Below, piece after piece: positions 38,287-55,796 of a stretch of DNA of 64,000 nucleotides. Both the position numbers and the translations under genes were made by a program. The stretch comes from the human T2T-CHM13v2.0 reference genome, Homo sapiens. Each line of letters begins with the position of its first letter. Position 1 is the stretch's first letter. The DNA lies in NCBI RefSeq assembly GCF_009914755.1, contig NC_060938.1; one strand, 5' to 3'. The notes beneath the pieces are model-generated. The model saw nothing but the letters and a program-made list of their open reading frames with translations. It was not told where the DNA came from and did not search any database.

Positions 38287-39125
38287 TAGGCTGGTCTCGA
38301 ACTCCTGACCTCAGGTGATCCGCCCGCCTCAGCCTCCCAAAGTGTTAGGATTACAGGCGTGAGCCATCAGGCCCGGCTGTATTACTGATATTCTACATAA
38401 GTTTTTGTTGGATAAAGATGCTACCACCACCAAAAAAGTCTATAAACCAGTTGATTGTTCTGTGTTGACCTGATGTAATAGAGCCTAGACACTGTGCCCA
38501 AAACTGGGGATAAATAACTTACTACAGATAAAGTAGAGCCTGCAGGTACTGAAACAGATGGAGAGAGACAGGAGGACAAAGAAAGACCTAAGATTCAAGA
38601 GGCATTAAATATACGAGGCACACATGAAATATATATGACACATTACATATGCATGAGGCATTCAGTGTTCATGAGGCCTTAAATAAGCCACTCACTGGTG
38701 ACACCCTCTTGGTCTCTCATGTCCTCTGCCAAAGAAAACCCATCTTATAGGCTAATGACTGAGCTAATGCAAATGGCCATGTGTGTGTGCCCCTGGGGCC
38801 TCTCCAAATAGGGCAAGTTTGTGTGGTGGCCTCAGGCACCTTTTGTCTTTGTGCTCCCATGACCGAACTTCAGCTCTAGTATGTGTAACCACTCTATTAG
38901 CAGCAGAGACAGGCAGGACATATAAACCTAGGACAAATGGAACCCAAGATTCAGAGAGTGTGGCACTTGCATCCTGCTTGCACCGTGTCTTCTGTGTTCA
39001 CCTCTCCAACTCTTTCCCCTTGCTTCTCACCCTGAGTTCTAAACTGATTTAATAAACCATGTGGGCCGGGTGCAGTGGCTCACGCCTGTAATCCCAGCAC
39101 TTGGGAGTTCGAGGTGGGCGGATCA

Positions 39126-39566
<441 letters not shown>

Positions 39567-39662
39567 TCACTTCTAGCTACTCTGATTACTGAACAAGCTC
39601 TTACTCCTTCTCAACCCCCACAAAAGAGGGCTGTTATGAGACTCTGGTGTCCTGTCTCTTAC

Positions 39663-39778
39663 CTGTAAGACTGTGCTGTCTGCAAAGCCAAAGCCATCCT
39701 TTAACAGGGCTGTGATGTAGCTGAGATCCATGCACAGGAAAGGACTGCCTGAGGTGAAGTTTTCCAAGTTATCACACA
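39663..39778 (-). CDS. ENTPD5: ENTPD5 exon ([21 protein letters not shown]...STVLQ)
   Basis: tttcag|TG ... CAG|gtaaga; 116 nt. Confidence 0.95.
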
Positions 39779-39819
39779 CTGAAAGAGAGAGTAAACAGTG
39801 GAGCTCAAGTTTGCAACTA

Positions 39820-40206
<387 letters not shown>

Positions 40207-40484
40207 TTAGGCATCTCAGAGACTAGACTGCACTGACTGCCTCTGTAAGACCGCAGCTTCTGAAGAACTTGCACATCTCTGGTATGATTATCTATTCACA
40301 TTTACATGGGCTCTAGTTTATTTGCTAAGTTTCTATGACCTATTGTGGGGGCTTAGTTCTAAATCCCTTATCTATTATTAATGGTGAGGCCCAGAAGACA
40401 GGGAAATATCATTTAACCCTACTGTGGGCTACTCGATAAGATCATTTGTATTTTATTTTTTAATTTTTAAAAACTTTTTATTAA

Positions 40485-40610
<126 letters not shown>

Positions 40611-40765
40611 TGAGACTACAGGTCGAACCACTGTGCCTAGCTCTCTTGGTAGTTTTGATCCTCTCAAGGAAGCCTCTGTGGCTATTTACCATGTCTTTTG
40701 ATGCTTAGTGTTTCATTAACACTGATAACACTATTTCAATTTAAAAAAGAAAGCAAGAAATGTAG

Positions 40766-41185
<420 letters not shown>

Positions 41186-41504
41186 TAGAGACAGAGGTCT
41201 CACTATGTTGCCTAAGCTGCAATGCAGTGACTGTTCACAGGTGTGATTATAGTGCACTATAACCTTGAATTTCTGGCCTCAAGCAATCCTCCCGCCCTGA
41301 GTAGCTGGGACTACAGATGCGTGCCACCATGCCTGGCTACCACCCAATGCTTTTAACTTTTAGCAAAGACTGGAAGACTCAGAAAGGAAACTAGCCTTCT
41401 GATAGGCCTTCTGAGCTGACTGAGGTGCTTTAGGTCACTTTAGGTCACTAGAGTAGGCAGGCAGTCTCACAGGCTTACCTTCAAGGGCTTCCCCTGACAC
41501 TTAC

Positions 41505-41561
41505 CTTCCCTGGCTTTTCTTTCAAAATCTTCAACTTTTAAAATACCCCCCTTTTCATAAT
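41505..41561 (-). CDS. ENTPD5: ENTPD5 exon (YEKGGILKVEDFERKARE)
   Basis: tttcag|AT ... GAAG|gtaagt; 57 nt. Confidence 0.94.
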
Positions 41562-41828
41562 CTGAAATAAAACAGAAGATTATCTGATATCAAAACGCCT
41601 TCAAGGAAGCATAAGGAAATTCATTCATTCATTCATTATATACACATGTACATAATGTAATCTATGCAACCTAATTTACTTATTTACAATCTATTCCATG
41701 TTATGTATATTTAACCACAATGGAAAAAACAGACCCATAAAACACAATAGGCCGGGTGTGGTGGCTCATGCCTGTAATCCCAGCACTTTGGGAGGCCGAG
41801 GAAGGCAGATAACGAGGTCAGGAGTTCA

Positions 41829-42098
<270 letters not shown>

Positions 42099-42536
42099 TC
42101 ATCTCTCTCAGGCCATGACAGATCAGGTACATATACTTTCACAGTTAGGCAAAAACACTGCTTTTGTGATAAGAAGAAAAGTTATAAAGAGACAGGAGGA
42201 AACTTTTTGTGGTGAATATGTTTATTATCTTCAATGTGCTGATGGATTCATGGGTGTATACATGACAAAACTTAAATTGTATACTTTAAATGTGCACTTA
42301 TTGTATGCCAATTATACCTCAATAAACATGTTAAAAAAAAAAAGACCTCATATAGTTGTTTTGGTCATCTCTCACCTCCAAAAGACTCTAAGTCATTTCC
42401 ACCCTTTTGTTCGAGTGACTAGAAAAGAGGTGGGTAATCACCCCGACAAAGCACCTCAAGTGCTCTTTCTCCTTGACCTTCCCCACCACAGCCCTATCCA
42501 CCTTCCTCTCTGGACTGACACCTGGGGTGAACTCAC

Positions 42537-42677
42537 CAATCATGTCTGTGTCAACAGCTCGGTCATAATAGTAAGAGAAAGCATAGAAGGAACCTCTCTG
42601 GACCTCCTCTGGCTGGTGAAGTTTTCCTCGTACCACCCTCAGCACTTCGGCATAGCAGGGCTCAAAGCCCACCTCCC
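42537..42677 (-). CDS. ENTPD5: ENTPD5 exon (EVGFEPCY...[17 protein letters not shown])
   Basis: tggcag|GG ... ATTG|gtgagt; 141 nt. Confidence 0.95.
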
Positions 42678-43529
42678 CTGCCAGGCAAAGGTGCACAGGG
42701 GTAAGGTGAGAACGACGCTGGGGGAAGGGGACACTCTCTGAGGCAGGCTGCTGGAGACAATGAGGGAACAGCAGGAAGGTCAAGGAAAGCAGGAGAAGGC
42801 TGAGGCTTGGGACAAGAGGCGTCAAAACAAAGATGAGCAAACGTCTGCAGCCTCACCAGTCTGTTTCTCCATGGCCGCTCTCCTGCCTAATCTGTATTCA
42901 CCAGATCATGGCCAACCTTGTGCTGCTGCCTAGCATTACATTCCATAGCATTTGTAAGCAAGTAGCTAAAGGGCTCGCCTGCTTCCTTCACTGGGAATTC
43001 AGGTTCATTCCTTGATATTCAGGTATATACCTTTTATAAGAAGATGAATCATTCTTGTCTTGGTTTTAAGTTTTACTATAATTTAAATAGCTAACCATTA
43101 ACTAAACAGGCTTTCACACTGCTGCATTAGACCTAGGCTTAGAATATGCTTCTTAATTAATTTGTAAGAGGTAGGGTCTCCCTGTTGCCCAGGCTGGAGT
43201 GCAGTGGCATTGCGCACTATAGCCTTGAACTCATGGGCTCAAGTGATCCTCTTGCCTCAACCTTTGGAGTAGCTAGGACAATAGATGTGCACCACAGCAC
43301 TTGGCTAAGGGCAGGTATCTAATGGGTCCATGACACTTGGCTGATGCAGAATGACAGCTGCTTTGTTCACTGTCACTTCACATTAGTCCTTGGAGGCATG
43401 CCAAGATCTTTGGAATAAGTCCCTGCAACAAGATAAGCTTCTCTTGAGTTCTGGAAAAAGTTTCCCATGGGACTTTTCCAGAGCTTCCATTGTAAACGTA
43501 ACTTTAACCAGTGAAAAAACATCACTTGC

Positions 43530-43631
43530 CTTCTTGGTTGCCACCATACTGGTATTTCACACCCCCAAAGATCCACTCTGCTTCCAACCATCTCGGTAAA
43601 CAGGCACTCCGGAAAGTGTGCCCATCAGTCC
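43530..43631 (-). CDS. ENTPD5: ENTPD5 exon ([33 protein letters not shown]) ending at a GC donor
   Basis: tttcag|GG ... GAAG|gcaagt; 102 nt. The phase and the 428-aa total require this boundary. Confidence 0.92.
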
Positions 43632-44576
43632 CTGAAAGAATCCAGGGCACAAGGTAAGAGGTAAGTAAGTGAGAGAGAGGGAGGAAGGCAAGCAAGAAGC
43701 CAGTGAGGTGGAAAAGAATCACCATGGGGGCTGGGCCTTAAAATCCTATGAAATTAATTCCATGACAACATCCTGTGACAGGAATCCTTAACTCAGGGTT
43801 CAAAGATAGGCTTTGTGGGGTTGGTGAACCCCCTGAAACCAGAAGCAAATTTTCATGCATATGTGCTTTTGTCAGAGGGGTCCATGGCTTTCATCACATC
43901 TCAAAGAGATCCAAAACCTTCAATACAGCAACTTTCCACCTTTATAAAAACAGGAAAGAAATGCTATGCTACCTTCCTCACTGGTTGCTGAGAGGCTTCA
44001 ATTAAATATACTTGAAGATGTTTTGTATACTCTGAAATGCAAAATAGATGTCATCCCAATAACAGATTACTGTACAAAGTGCCTTAAATGCAAATTCTCA
44101 TTTAATGTGAGGAAAGGGGCACAGACAGGTTACTTGCCTCATATCACAACACTGGGACTGAACCCAGTTCTGCCTGACCTGTGAAGAGATCAATGGAGTT
44201 ACTCTGTTGTTCCACCTGCATGTAGAACAGACTCTGCTTCCTGTGCCTCCAATGTAAAGCTCAGGGCTTGAGCAAGCTCCTGCTGAATGTATTCGTAAAG
44301 CCTGGGATTTCTGCAGACACTTCAGCTGCCTAGACATAGGCTGTTACCCCTGAACAAGTAGACCTCATTCTAAAAATGGCTAATAATATACATCAAAACT
44401 TCTGAACTTATAAACTAGAAAAGGAGTTTGCCATTATTAGGTCCATTATACAACATTTGCCTCCCAATTCAACATAATCTTTTCCTTCATAGAATGGCTA
44501 TCAAGGAAGGGAAGAAGCAAGCGGAGTATCTGTGTCACCCTCACCATCCCCCCCCAGCACAGGTACCCAGACAAAC

Positions 44577-44638
44577 CTTCTGTCTCCAGGGCTCCCAGGG
44601 TTGCTAGTCTTGCAGCTTTCAATCCAAATCCCAGGTAA
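44577..44638 (-). CDS. ENTPD5: ENTPD5 exon ([20 protein letters not shown])
   Basis: ttacag|T ... GAAG|gtttgt; 62 nt. Confidence 0.94.
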
Positions 44639-45024
44639 CTGTAAAATACAGGATTGACTAATTTCATGCTGGTCCTGAAGTTCTCTAGCCTAAAGCTACC
44701 TCTTTCAAAAGTAACATTGTTCCTGTGTCCCTCTGGAAAGATGAAAACCTTGTTCTGTCTGTGACATATTCATCTCCTGTGGTCAACAAGGGGTAATTTC
44801 TGCACAGTTTGGATCAAGGCTATGCAGTAAGAATTCCCCACAGTTATCATTCAAAGGCCAGAGACAGTGACAATTCCTAGGGTCCCACACTAGGAACCAT
44901 TCCCAGAAAAGCTCTCTTTAGCTTAGCTCCTAGCCCCAACTGGGATCACATTCCAGGCTGGATTCTGAACCTCTGAAGGCCAGCTCAAAGGAGCTGGCAA
45001 GGAGCTTTGCCTGAGCCTTCTTGA

Positions 45025-45180
<156 letters not shown>

Positions 45181-45587
45181 TGAATAGCTAGGATTACAGG
45201 TGTGCGCTGTCATATCCAGCTAATTTTTGTATTTTAGTAGAGACGGGGTTTCACCATGTTTGCCAGGCTGGTCTCAAACGCCTGACCTCAGGTGACCCAC
45301 CCACCTCGGCCTCCCAAAGTGCAGGGATTACAGGCATGAAGCCACTGCACCCAGCCGAAAACTTTTGACTCTTAAGTCATATATTAATGCTTTTGAGGCC
45401 AAGAATGGAGAAGCCTCTTAGGCTCCTCCGGCTTTGTAAGTGGACCGGGTTTCAGTTGATAGGCCTTAGGGAATTGGCACAGACTTTGTTTTTGCTAATC
45501 AGATACAATAACAGATTTGAGAATGCTTTGGAAAGTTAGGAGAATCATACAACATGAAATATTCTTCTTCCCTGTCCCCGTCCTCAC

Positions 45588-45667
45588 CTATGTGTATAGA
45601 GCTTATAAGTGCTGTTAAACATCTCAAAGGAAGTGAGGTAGCCCCTAGGAGTTTGTTCCAGAGTTTT
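45588..45667 (-). CDS. ENTPD5: ENTPD5 exon ([26 protein letters not shown])
   Basis: ttgcag|AAA ... CATAG|gtgagg; 80 nt; NST N-glycosylation sequon. Confidence 0.94.
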
Positions 45668-45975
45668 CTGCAAATCAGAAAAAGCAAAAAGACTATTCAG
45701 GATCTGTAATTACCTGAAGATGTTCACACCACCACCCGTCCCTCCCAGCAAAAAATCAGAGATGAAGACAGATTAAGGGGCTAATCTCACTAGGCTTGAG
45801 GAAACGAAGGGATTCTGAACAGTGAGATGGCAAGGGAACATTCACCTAGTTATTAATTGACTTGACTCTGCCTAAGCGTGGTAGAGCTGCTGGCTGAAAA
45901 TGGGGCGCCTCTTTCTTGGCACCATGATACGCCTGCCAAGTGCACTTCTAACCAGATCTTCATTAAATGACTCAC

Positions 45976-46064
45976 CTCAAACTGGGGCAGGAACGTGATT
46001 TGGGTGGAGGCTCCCCCTAGGTCCAAGGTCCCCACAGTCTCCTGTCTGTGGCCATGCAGCTGAC
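45976..46064 (-). CDS. ENTPD5: ENTPD5 exon ([29 protein letters not shown]; ACR4)
   Basis: tgacag|GT ... GAG|gtgagt; 89 nt; DLGGAST. Confidence 0.96.
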
Positions 46065-46675
46065 CTGTCAAATGAGAGCCAGCTCTAAATAGCCTCGACA
46101 TCCTGGGCAGCCCAACACTTGTCTCTCTTGCTCTTATCATACACTGAAGGTATTCCATACATACTCCACTGCTCCCCAGCCCCAAGGCTGCAGGTGAATG
46201 TCAACTCGGAAGGACTCTTGTTGCAGCAGAGGCCTTCAAGGCAGGTGTTTTTTTTTTTTTTGGAAGGCCTTTTTGGAGACAGAGTCTTGCTCTATCATCC
46301 AGCCTGGAGTGCAGTGGCGCAATCTCGGCTCTCAGCTCACTGCAACCTCTGCCTCCTGGGTTCAAGTGATTCTCCAGCCTCCTGAGTAGCTGGGACTACA
46401 GGTACACACCACCATGCCCAGCTATTTTTGTATTTTTGGTAGAGACGGAGTTTCGCCATGTTGGCCAGGCTGGTCTTGAACTCCTGGCCTCAAGTGATCT
46501 GCCCAACTCAGCCTCCCAAAGCGCTGGAATTAACAGGCATGAACTGCCACACCCAGCCTCTTTTCCTTTTTTAAAGAAGAAGAAACAATACAGAATGAAA
46601 GAAAAGGCTTTTACTCCTCTGACTATGCATGTAAAAGCTAGTTAAGCTCTAAAGATAAACTTGAGGATGTATTAC

Positions 46676-46711
46676 CTGTCAGAAAATTCACAGTAACCCA
46701 AGCTAATATGC
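46676..46711 (-). CDS. ENTPD5: ENTPD5 36-nt exon (ILAWVTVNFLT; end of ACR3)
   Basis: ttttag|GC ... ACAG|gtaata. Confidence 0.93.
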
Positions 46712-46950
46712 CTAAAAAGAAAGAAAGACAAGGATTAGATCCCAGAGCATTTTTTCTCTTTCCTGGCCCCAACCTTGTTTTTTTTTTTTCCTCTCTAAAT
46801 TCCATGTCTAGAGCACATGTTCCCTTCTCCCTGTCTTCTATTTCCTGCTATCTCATTCCTTCTGTTTATTCCTGGCCCCAGTTCCTTTAGTTAGATCTTT
46901 CACTGATCCTGCCCCTCTCCCCCTGGAACGCATATCAACACCTCTCCCAC

Positions 46951-47026
46951 CTTCGTCGGATCCATCCATGATGCTAACACTGCCCTTTGGTACCAGGAAA
47001 GGTGACTTCCTGAAGATCTCCTTTAC
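46951..47026 (-). CDS. ENTPD5: ENTPD5 exon (VKEIFRKSPFLVPKGSVSIMDGSDE; ACR3)
   Basis: ctctag|GTA ... GAAG|gtggga; 76 nt. Confidence 0.94.
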
Positions 47027-47936
47027 CTAGAGAAAAAGGAAAAAAAAAAAAAAAGAATTCCCTAAGGCAATAAAATAGATTTCCATATTTTGACAGTGTC
47101 CTGTAAGACTTAGAAAACTACTCCATTTTTCCTAGATAAAATTTTGGCAAAACTCATTCCTTTGCCCTAAGAAACTAGAGAAGAAACTAGGCAAGCCATT
47201 ACCAGTTTCTTGCAAAAACACAAACACAGAGATTCCTTTGACTTTAAGTAAAGCTAAACCAAACCATCTAAATGTATAGGTGAACTGGACCTATGGAAAG
47301 GCATATATTTAACCCTGCCAGCTCAAATCAGGATCCTGTAACTTTTTAAACCTGATAAACTCTACCTGGACATACACTGGAAACTAGGAGGAGCCTTCCC
47401 ACTCCATTCCTTAGATGAGCTGACATGAACCTGCTGTGGTGAAGTTCACACCTAAGGGCTGAGGTACTCTGCTACCAGCTCCTGTCAGATTCTGGCACAT
47501 GGCTAGGGTCTCTAGAGCATGGGGAGACTCCAGATCTAGACTTAAGGAATCCTGTTTCAGGAGATGGGAATGACGATCTTGCAAAAACATCTTGCCTCTC
47601 CATAATACAGACCATTGATATGGGTGTTAATGTCTTATGTTTATATAATTATCAAGGGAAAGAAAAAAGAATTCTCCGAATAGGATAGGAAGAACGCTAG
47701 TCTGTTTGCTGTTCTCATTTCTGATGGATGAAACATACCACATAATGACCTCTGGATCCTGTTTCAACCAGGAAAAACCAGTTAAGTTATATATAAACAA
47801 ACTTTTAAAGACAGATAAGTGAACAGGATGAAGCACAGCAAGAGAGCTTCTGCTCTTGCCTTCTCCACTTTTCTCCCCCATCCTACAGTTTGTTCTCAAA
47901 ACAGCAGCCAGAACGGTGCTTTAAAAATGGACGTCA

Positions 47937-48312
<376 letters not shown>

Positions 48313-48401
48313 TTATAGAAAAAGCCAAAGTGCGGGCGGATCACCTGAAGTCAGGAGTTTGAGACCAGCCTGACCAACATGGTGAAAACCCATCTATACT
48401 A

Positions 48402-48554
<153 letters not shown>

Positions 48555-49094
48555 TCAGTCTCAAAAAGAAAAAAGAAAAAGAAAAAGCCAAAGTGATTAC
48601 ACTGGCATTTGAGATCCTACATGATAAACACCCCTTAACCCTGCCTCTCTGAGGTTACCGCCTCCTTACCTCTCATATCGCTCTTTCCTCTCCAGCTATG
48701 CTGACCTCCTGGATGCTGTTCCTAACATACCAAGCACATACCTGCCTCTGGCCTTTGCACCTGCTGTTTCTTTAGCCTGGAATATTCTTCCCACAAATGT
48801 CTTGTGTAACTTGCTTCTTCATCCCCCTAAGATCTCTGATCAACTGAATTTTATCAAAGACTTCTTCCCTGACTGTCCTATTTAAAATAGCATTTCCCCC
48901 ACACTATCAACAGATTCCCTACCTGCCTTTCCCTGCTTTTTTTTTTTCCCTCCATAGCACCTGCAGAACCTAACATAACTTTCTTTTGACTTGTTCAGAT
49001 GTTTATTTTCTGTCTTCCTGAAGTAGAATGTAAGCTACAGGAGTGCAAAGACCATTTTTGTATTTTTGGTTCCCTGCTGAATGTATTCCAGTAA

Positions 49095-49328
<234 letters not shown>

Positions 49329-49540
49329 TAGCCAGGATGGTCTCGATCTCCTAACCTCGTGATCCACCCGCCTTGGCCTCCCAAAGTGCTGGGATTACAG
49401 GCGTAAGCCACTGCACCTGGCCCAGTAAGCACTCTTATGTTGAATAAATGAGGAATAAATCAGGAATCAGGATTCAGGTTCTCACAGAGACATATTAGGC
49501 TGCTCATCCTTGGATAAGTGACTTAAGTCCTCTGTACTGA

Positions 49541-50040
<500 letters not shown>

Positions 50041-50530
50041 TGAGTAGTTGACCAACAGGCGTGAGCCACCATGCCCAGCTAATTTTTGTATTTTCAGTAG
50101 AGACGGGGTTTCACCATGTTGGCCAGGCTGGTCTCAAACTCCTGACCTCAGGTGATCTGCCCGCCTTGGCCTCCCATAGAGCTGGGATTTTGGGCATGAG
50201 CTACCACACCGGGACTTAATTTTTTTTGTAGAAATAGGGGTCTTGCTTTGTTGTCTGGACTGGTCTCAAATTCCTGGCCTCAAGCAATCCTCCTGCTTTG
50301 GCCTCCCAAAATGTTGAGATTACAGGCATGAGCCACTGCACCGAGCCTGATTTTTTGTTATAATGAGATTCTGCTTATATTCTTCACAACATGAAATTTA
50401 AATTTTATTAACTTACATGTTTATTGCATAACAAATATATACAATAAAATTTAAAAATACTGAGTTTGGCTGGGCACAATGGCTCATGCCTGTAATCCCA
50501 GTACTTTGGGAGGCTGAGGCGGGCAGATCA

Positions 50531-51182
<652 letters not shown>

Positions 51183-51205
51183 TCATGCCTGTTCCTATAA
51201 TCCTA

Positions 51206-51475
<270 letters not shown>

Positions 51476-51723
51476 TCAAACTTTAAAGTTCCATTATTCT
51501 TCTCAAAAACTTTATGCTGAGAGGAAAAAAGCCAGATATACAAAAATAAAAATAAAAACTGTATAATTCCATTTATATGAAAAGAATAAGCAAAACTTAT
51601 AGTGACAGGAAGCAAATTAGTGATTGGTTGGTTTCAGGGGTGAGGGAAACTCACTATAAAAGAGCATGAGGAAATTTCTATTTCTTGTCAAAACTCATTT
51701 AACTGTACACCTAAAATATATAA

Positions 51724-52051
<328 letters not shown>

Positions 52052-52245
52052 TAAGTTTATCTTAATAAAGTTGATTAGAAACGACTTCTGATTCTGCTTT
52101 AAAAATCTAAAAGAATGAAGAATATCAGCCAGGTGCAGCAGCTCATGCCTGTAATTCCAGCACTTTGGGAGGCTGAGGCGGGCAGATCACGAGGTCAGGA
52201 GATCGAGACCATCCTGGCTAACGCAGTGAAACCCCGTCTCTACTA

Positions 52246-52461
<216 letters not shown>

Positions 52462-52669
52462 TTAAATTTTTTAGGAAAAGCTCTATACATTTAAGAGTGA
52501 TAGTTAAAAATGTAAACAACTAGCTATAACAAGTGGTCAGAGTCATCACAATGCTTTGGCAGTGGTGGAATACTGAAGGTAGTGGTCACATTCCAAAAGG
52601 CTAAAAACTCATAAAGTATTCATATAGGGAAAAGGGCAGAATGATCCAAGATGCAGTTTTAAAACTTAC

Positions 52670-52813
52670 CTCAAAGAGCAGAGCCTTGGCTTTGTGTTCT
52701 GGCAGTAAGCGTAGTCCTGCTGTTGCCTTTAGGACCACTGGGGTCTTTTTCCAGTGACTTCGGGGGATTGAGTCTTTGGCCACCTCTAAGAGCCCTTGAA
52801 CGGTCTCAGCACC
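52670..52813 (-). CDS. ENTPD5: ENTPD5 exon (GAETVQGLL...[10 protein letters not shown]...LLFE; ACR2)
   Basis: ttgaag|GGT ... GAG|gtaagt; 144 nt; ATAGLR. Confidence 0.95.
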
Positions 52814-52874
52814 CTTCAAAAGAGATAACCCGTTCATCTGATGAACGATCCATTTAGTGGCTGGCACTGGTCTA

Positions 52875-53162
<288 letters not shown>

Positions 53163-53583
53163 CTACTCGGGAGGCTGAGGCAAGAGCATTGCTTGAACCT
53201 GGGAGGCAGAGGTTGCAGTGAGTCAAGCCTATGCCACTGCACTACAGCCTGCGCAACAGAGTGACACTCCATCTCAAAAAAAAAAAAAAAAAGGAGAATC
53301 CATTTCATTTTGACAGTCCTAATAAAAAATTATTATTATTATTATTATTTTTTTTGGGACATTCTTGCTCTGTCACCCAGGCTGGAGTGCAGTGGCATGA
53401 TCTTGTGATCTTGGCTCACTGCAACCTCCACCTCCCAGGTTCAAGCGATGCTTGTGCCTCAGTCACCCAAGTAGCTGGGATTACAGGCATATGCCACCAC
53501 ACCCAGATAATTTTTGTATTTTTAGTAGAGACAGGGTGTCACCATCTTGGCCAGGCTGGTCTCGAATACCTGACCTCAAGTGA

Positions 53584-53887
<304 letters not shown>

Positions 53888-54334
53888 TAGAGTGAAGAAA
53901 ACAGGAGTTAGAGTCAGAAGACTTGCTTGCTAGCCCTGTGGCCTAACTTAGGTCACTTGGCCTTGTTGGGACTTGGTTTCCTCAAGTGTGGGATGGTAGA
54001 TACGCTGCCTACCACCACTAAACTGTTGTGTGCATGAGGCATAGTGCATGTGGTTACCACACAAGCTGTGGCAGTAATGATGCCATACTTTTGATGATCT
54101 CCTAAAGAACATGTCAGGCTCATTCCTGTATCATCATATGGCACACAGTAGATGCTCAATTTGTAATAAATGAAAACCATTATTTTAAATCCACTATTTC
54201 CCTGAATGAACTTCTATTCTGATATCTGACTGCCCTTTGATCATTATTGTTAGCAACTACAACACGATCACCTTTTCTAAATGCCAAGTCAGTTTCTAAT
54301 AATATAGTTGCTTTCAACAGCTCCTAATTTTTCT

Positions 54335-55374
54335 TTTTTAATTATTTATTTTTAATTAATTAATTTATTTATTTACTATTCAAATATACCCCTGACCCTG
54401 GTATTTTTTTTTAATACTTTAAGTTCTAGGGTACATGTGCACAATGTGCAGGTTTGTTTGTTACATATGCATACATGTGCCACGTTGGTGGGCTGCACCC
54501 ATTAACTCATCATTTACATTAGGTATATCTCCTAATGCTTTCCCTCCCTGCTCCCGCCACCCCACGACAGGCCCCGGTGTGTGATGTTCCCCACCCTGTG
54601 TCCTCATTGTTCAATTCCCACCTATGAGTGAGAACATGCGGTGTTTGGTTTTCTGTTCTTGCGACAGTTTGCTCAGAATGATGGTTTCCAGCTTCATACA
54701 TGTCCTTACAAAGGACATGAACTCATCCTTTTTTTATGGCTACATAGTATTCCATGGTGTATATGTGCCACATTTTCTTAATCTAGTCTATCATTGATGG
54801 ACATTTGGGTTCGTTCCAAGTCTTTGATATTGTGAATGATGCCTCAATAAACATATGTGTGCATGTGTCTTTATAGCAGCATGATTTATAATCCTTTGGG
54901 TATATACCGAGTAATGGGATGGCTGGGTCAAATGGTATTTCTATTCCTAGATCCTTGAGGAATCACCACGCTGTCTTCCACAATGGTTGAACTAGTTTAC
55001 AGTCCCACCAACAGTGTAAGAGTGTTCCTATTTCTCCACATCCTCTCCAGCACTTGTTGTTTCCTGACTTTTTAATGACCGCCATTCTAACTGGTGTGAG
55101 ATGGTGTCTCATTGTGGTTTTGATTTGCATTTCTCTGATGGCCAGTGATGATGAGCATTTTTTCATGTGTCCGTTGGCTGCATAAATGTCTTCTTTTGAG
55201 AAGTGTCTGTTCATATCCTTTGCCCACTTTTTGATGGGGTTGTTTGATTTTTTCTTGTAAATTTGTTAAGTTCTTTGCAGATTCTGGATATTAGCCCTTT
55301 GTCAGGTGGGTAGATTGTAAAAATTTTCTCCCGTTCTGTAGGTTGCCTGTTTACTCTGATGGTAGTTTCTTTTG
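54335..55374 (-). mobile_element. 5'-truncated L1PA (ORF2 C-terminus plus 3' UTR) with a 19-bp TSD
   Basis: ORF2-like [13 protein letters not shown]...[14 protein letters not shown]; L1PA 3' UTR; TSD AACAGCTCC(T/A)AATTTTTCT at 54316-54334 / 55375-55393. Confidence 0.92.
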
Positions 55375-55507
55375 AACAGCTCCAAATTTTTCTAGTAGAT
55401 TTGCTATCCATGTGCTACTGAACTAAGAAAATATATCCTCTCGGGGCCAGGTGCAGTGGCTCACACCTGTAATCCCAGCACTTTGAGAGGCTGACATGGG
55501 CGGATCA

Positions 55508-55796
<289 letters not shown>

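Noticed and set aside
42115-42741. 208-aa + strand ORF
   Set aside because: A patchwork of an L1-like 3' fragment and the antisense of an ENTPD5 exon.
54963-55411. L1 ORF2-like peptides as an active retroelement gene
   Set aside because: The copy is 5'-truncated (about 1 kb) and frameshifted, with no promoter, ORF1 or RT core.
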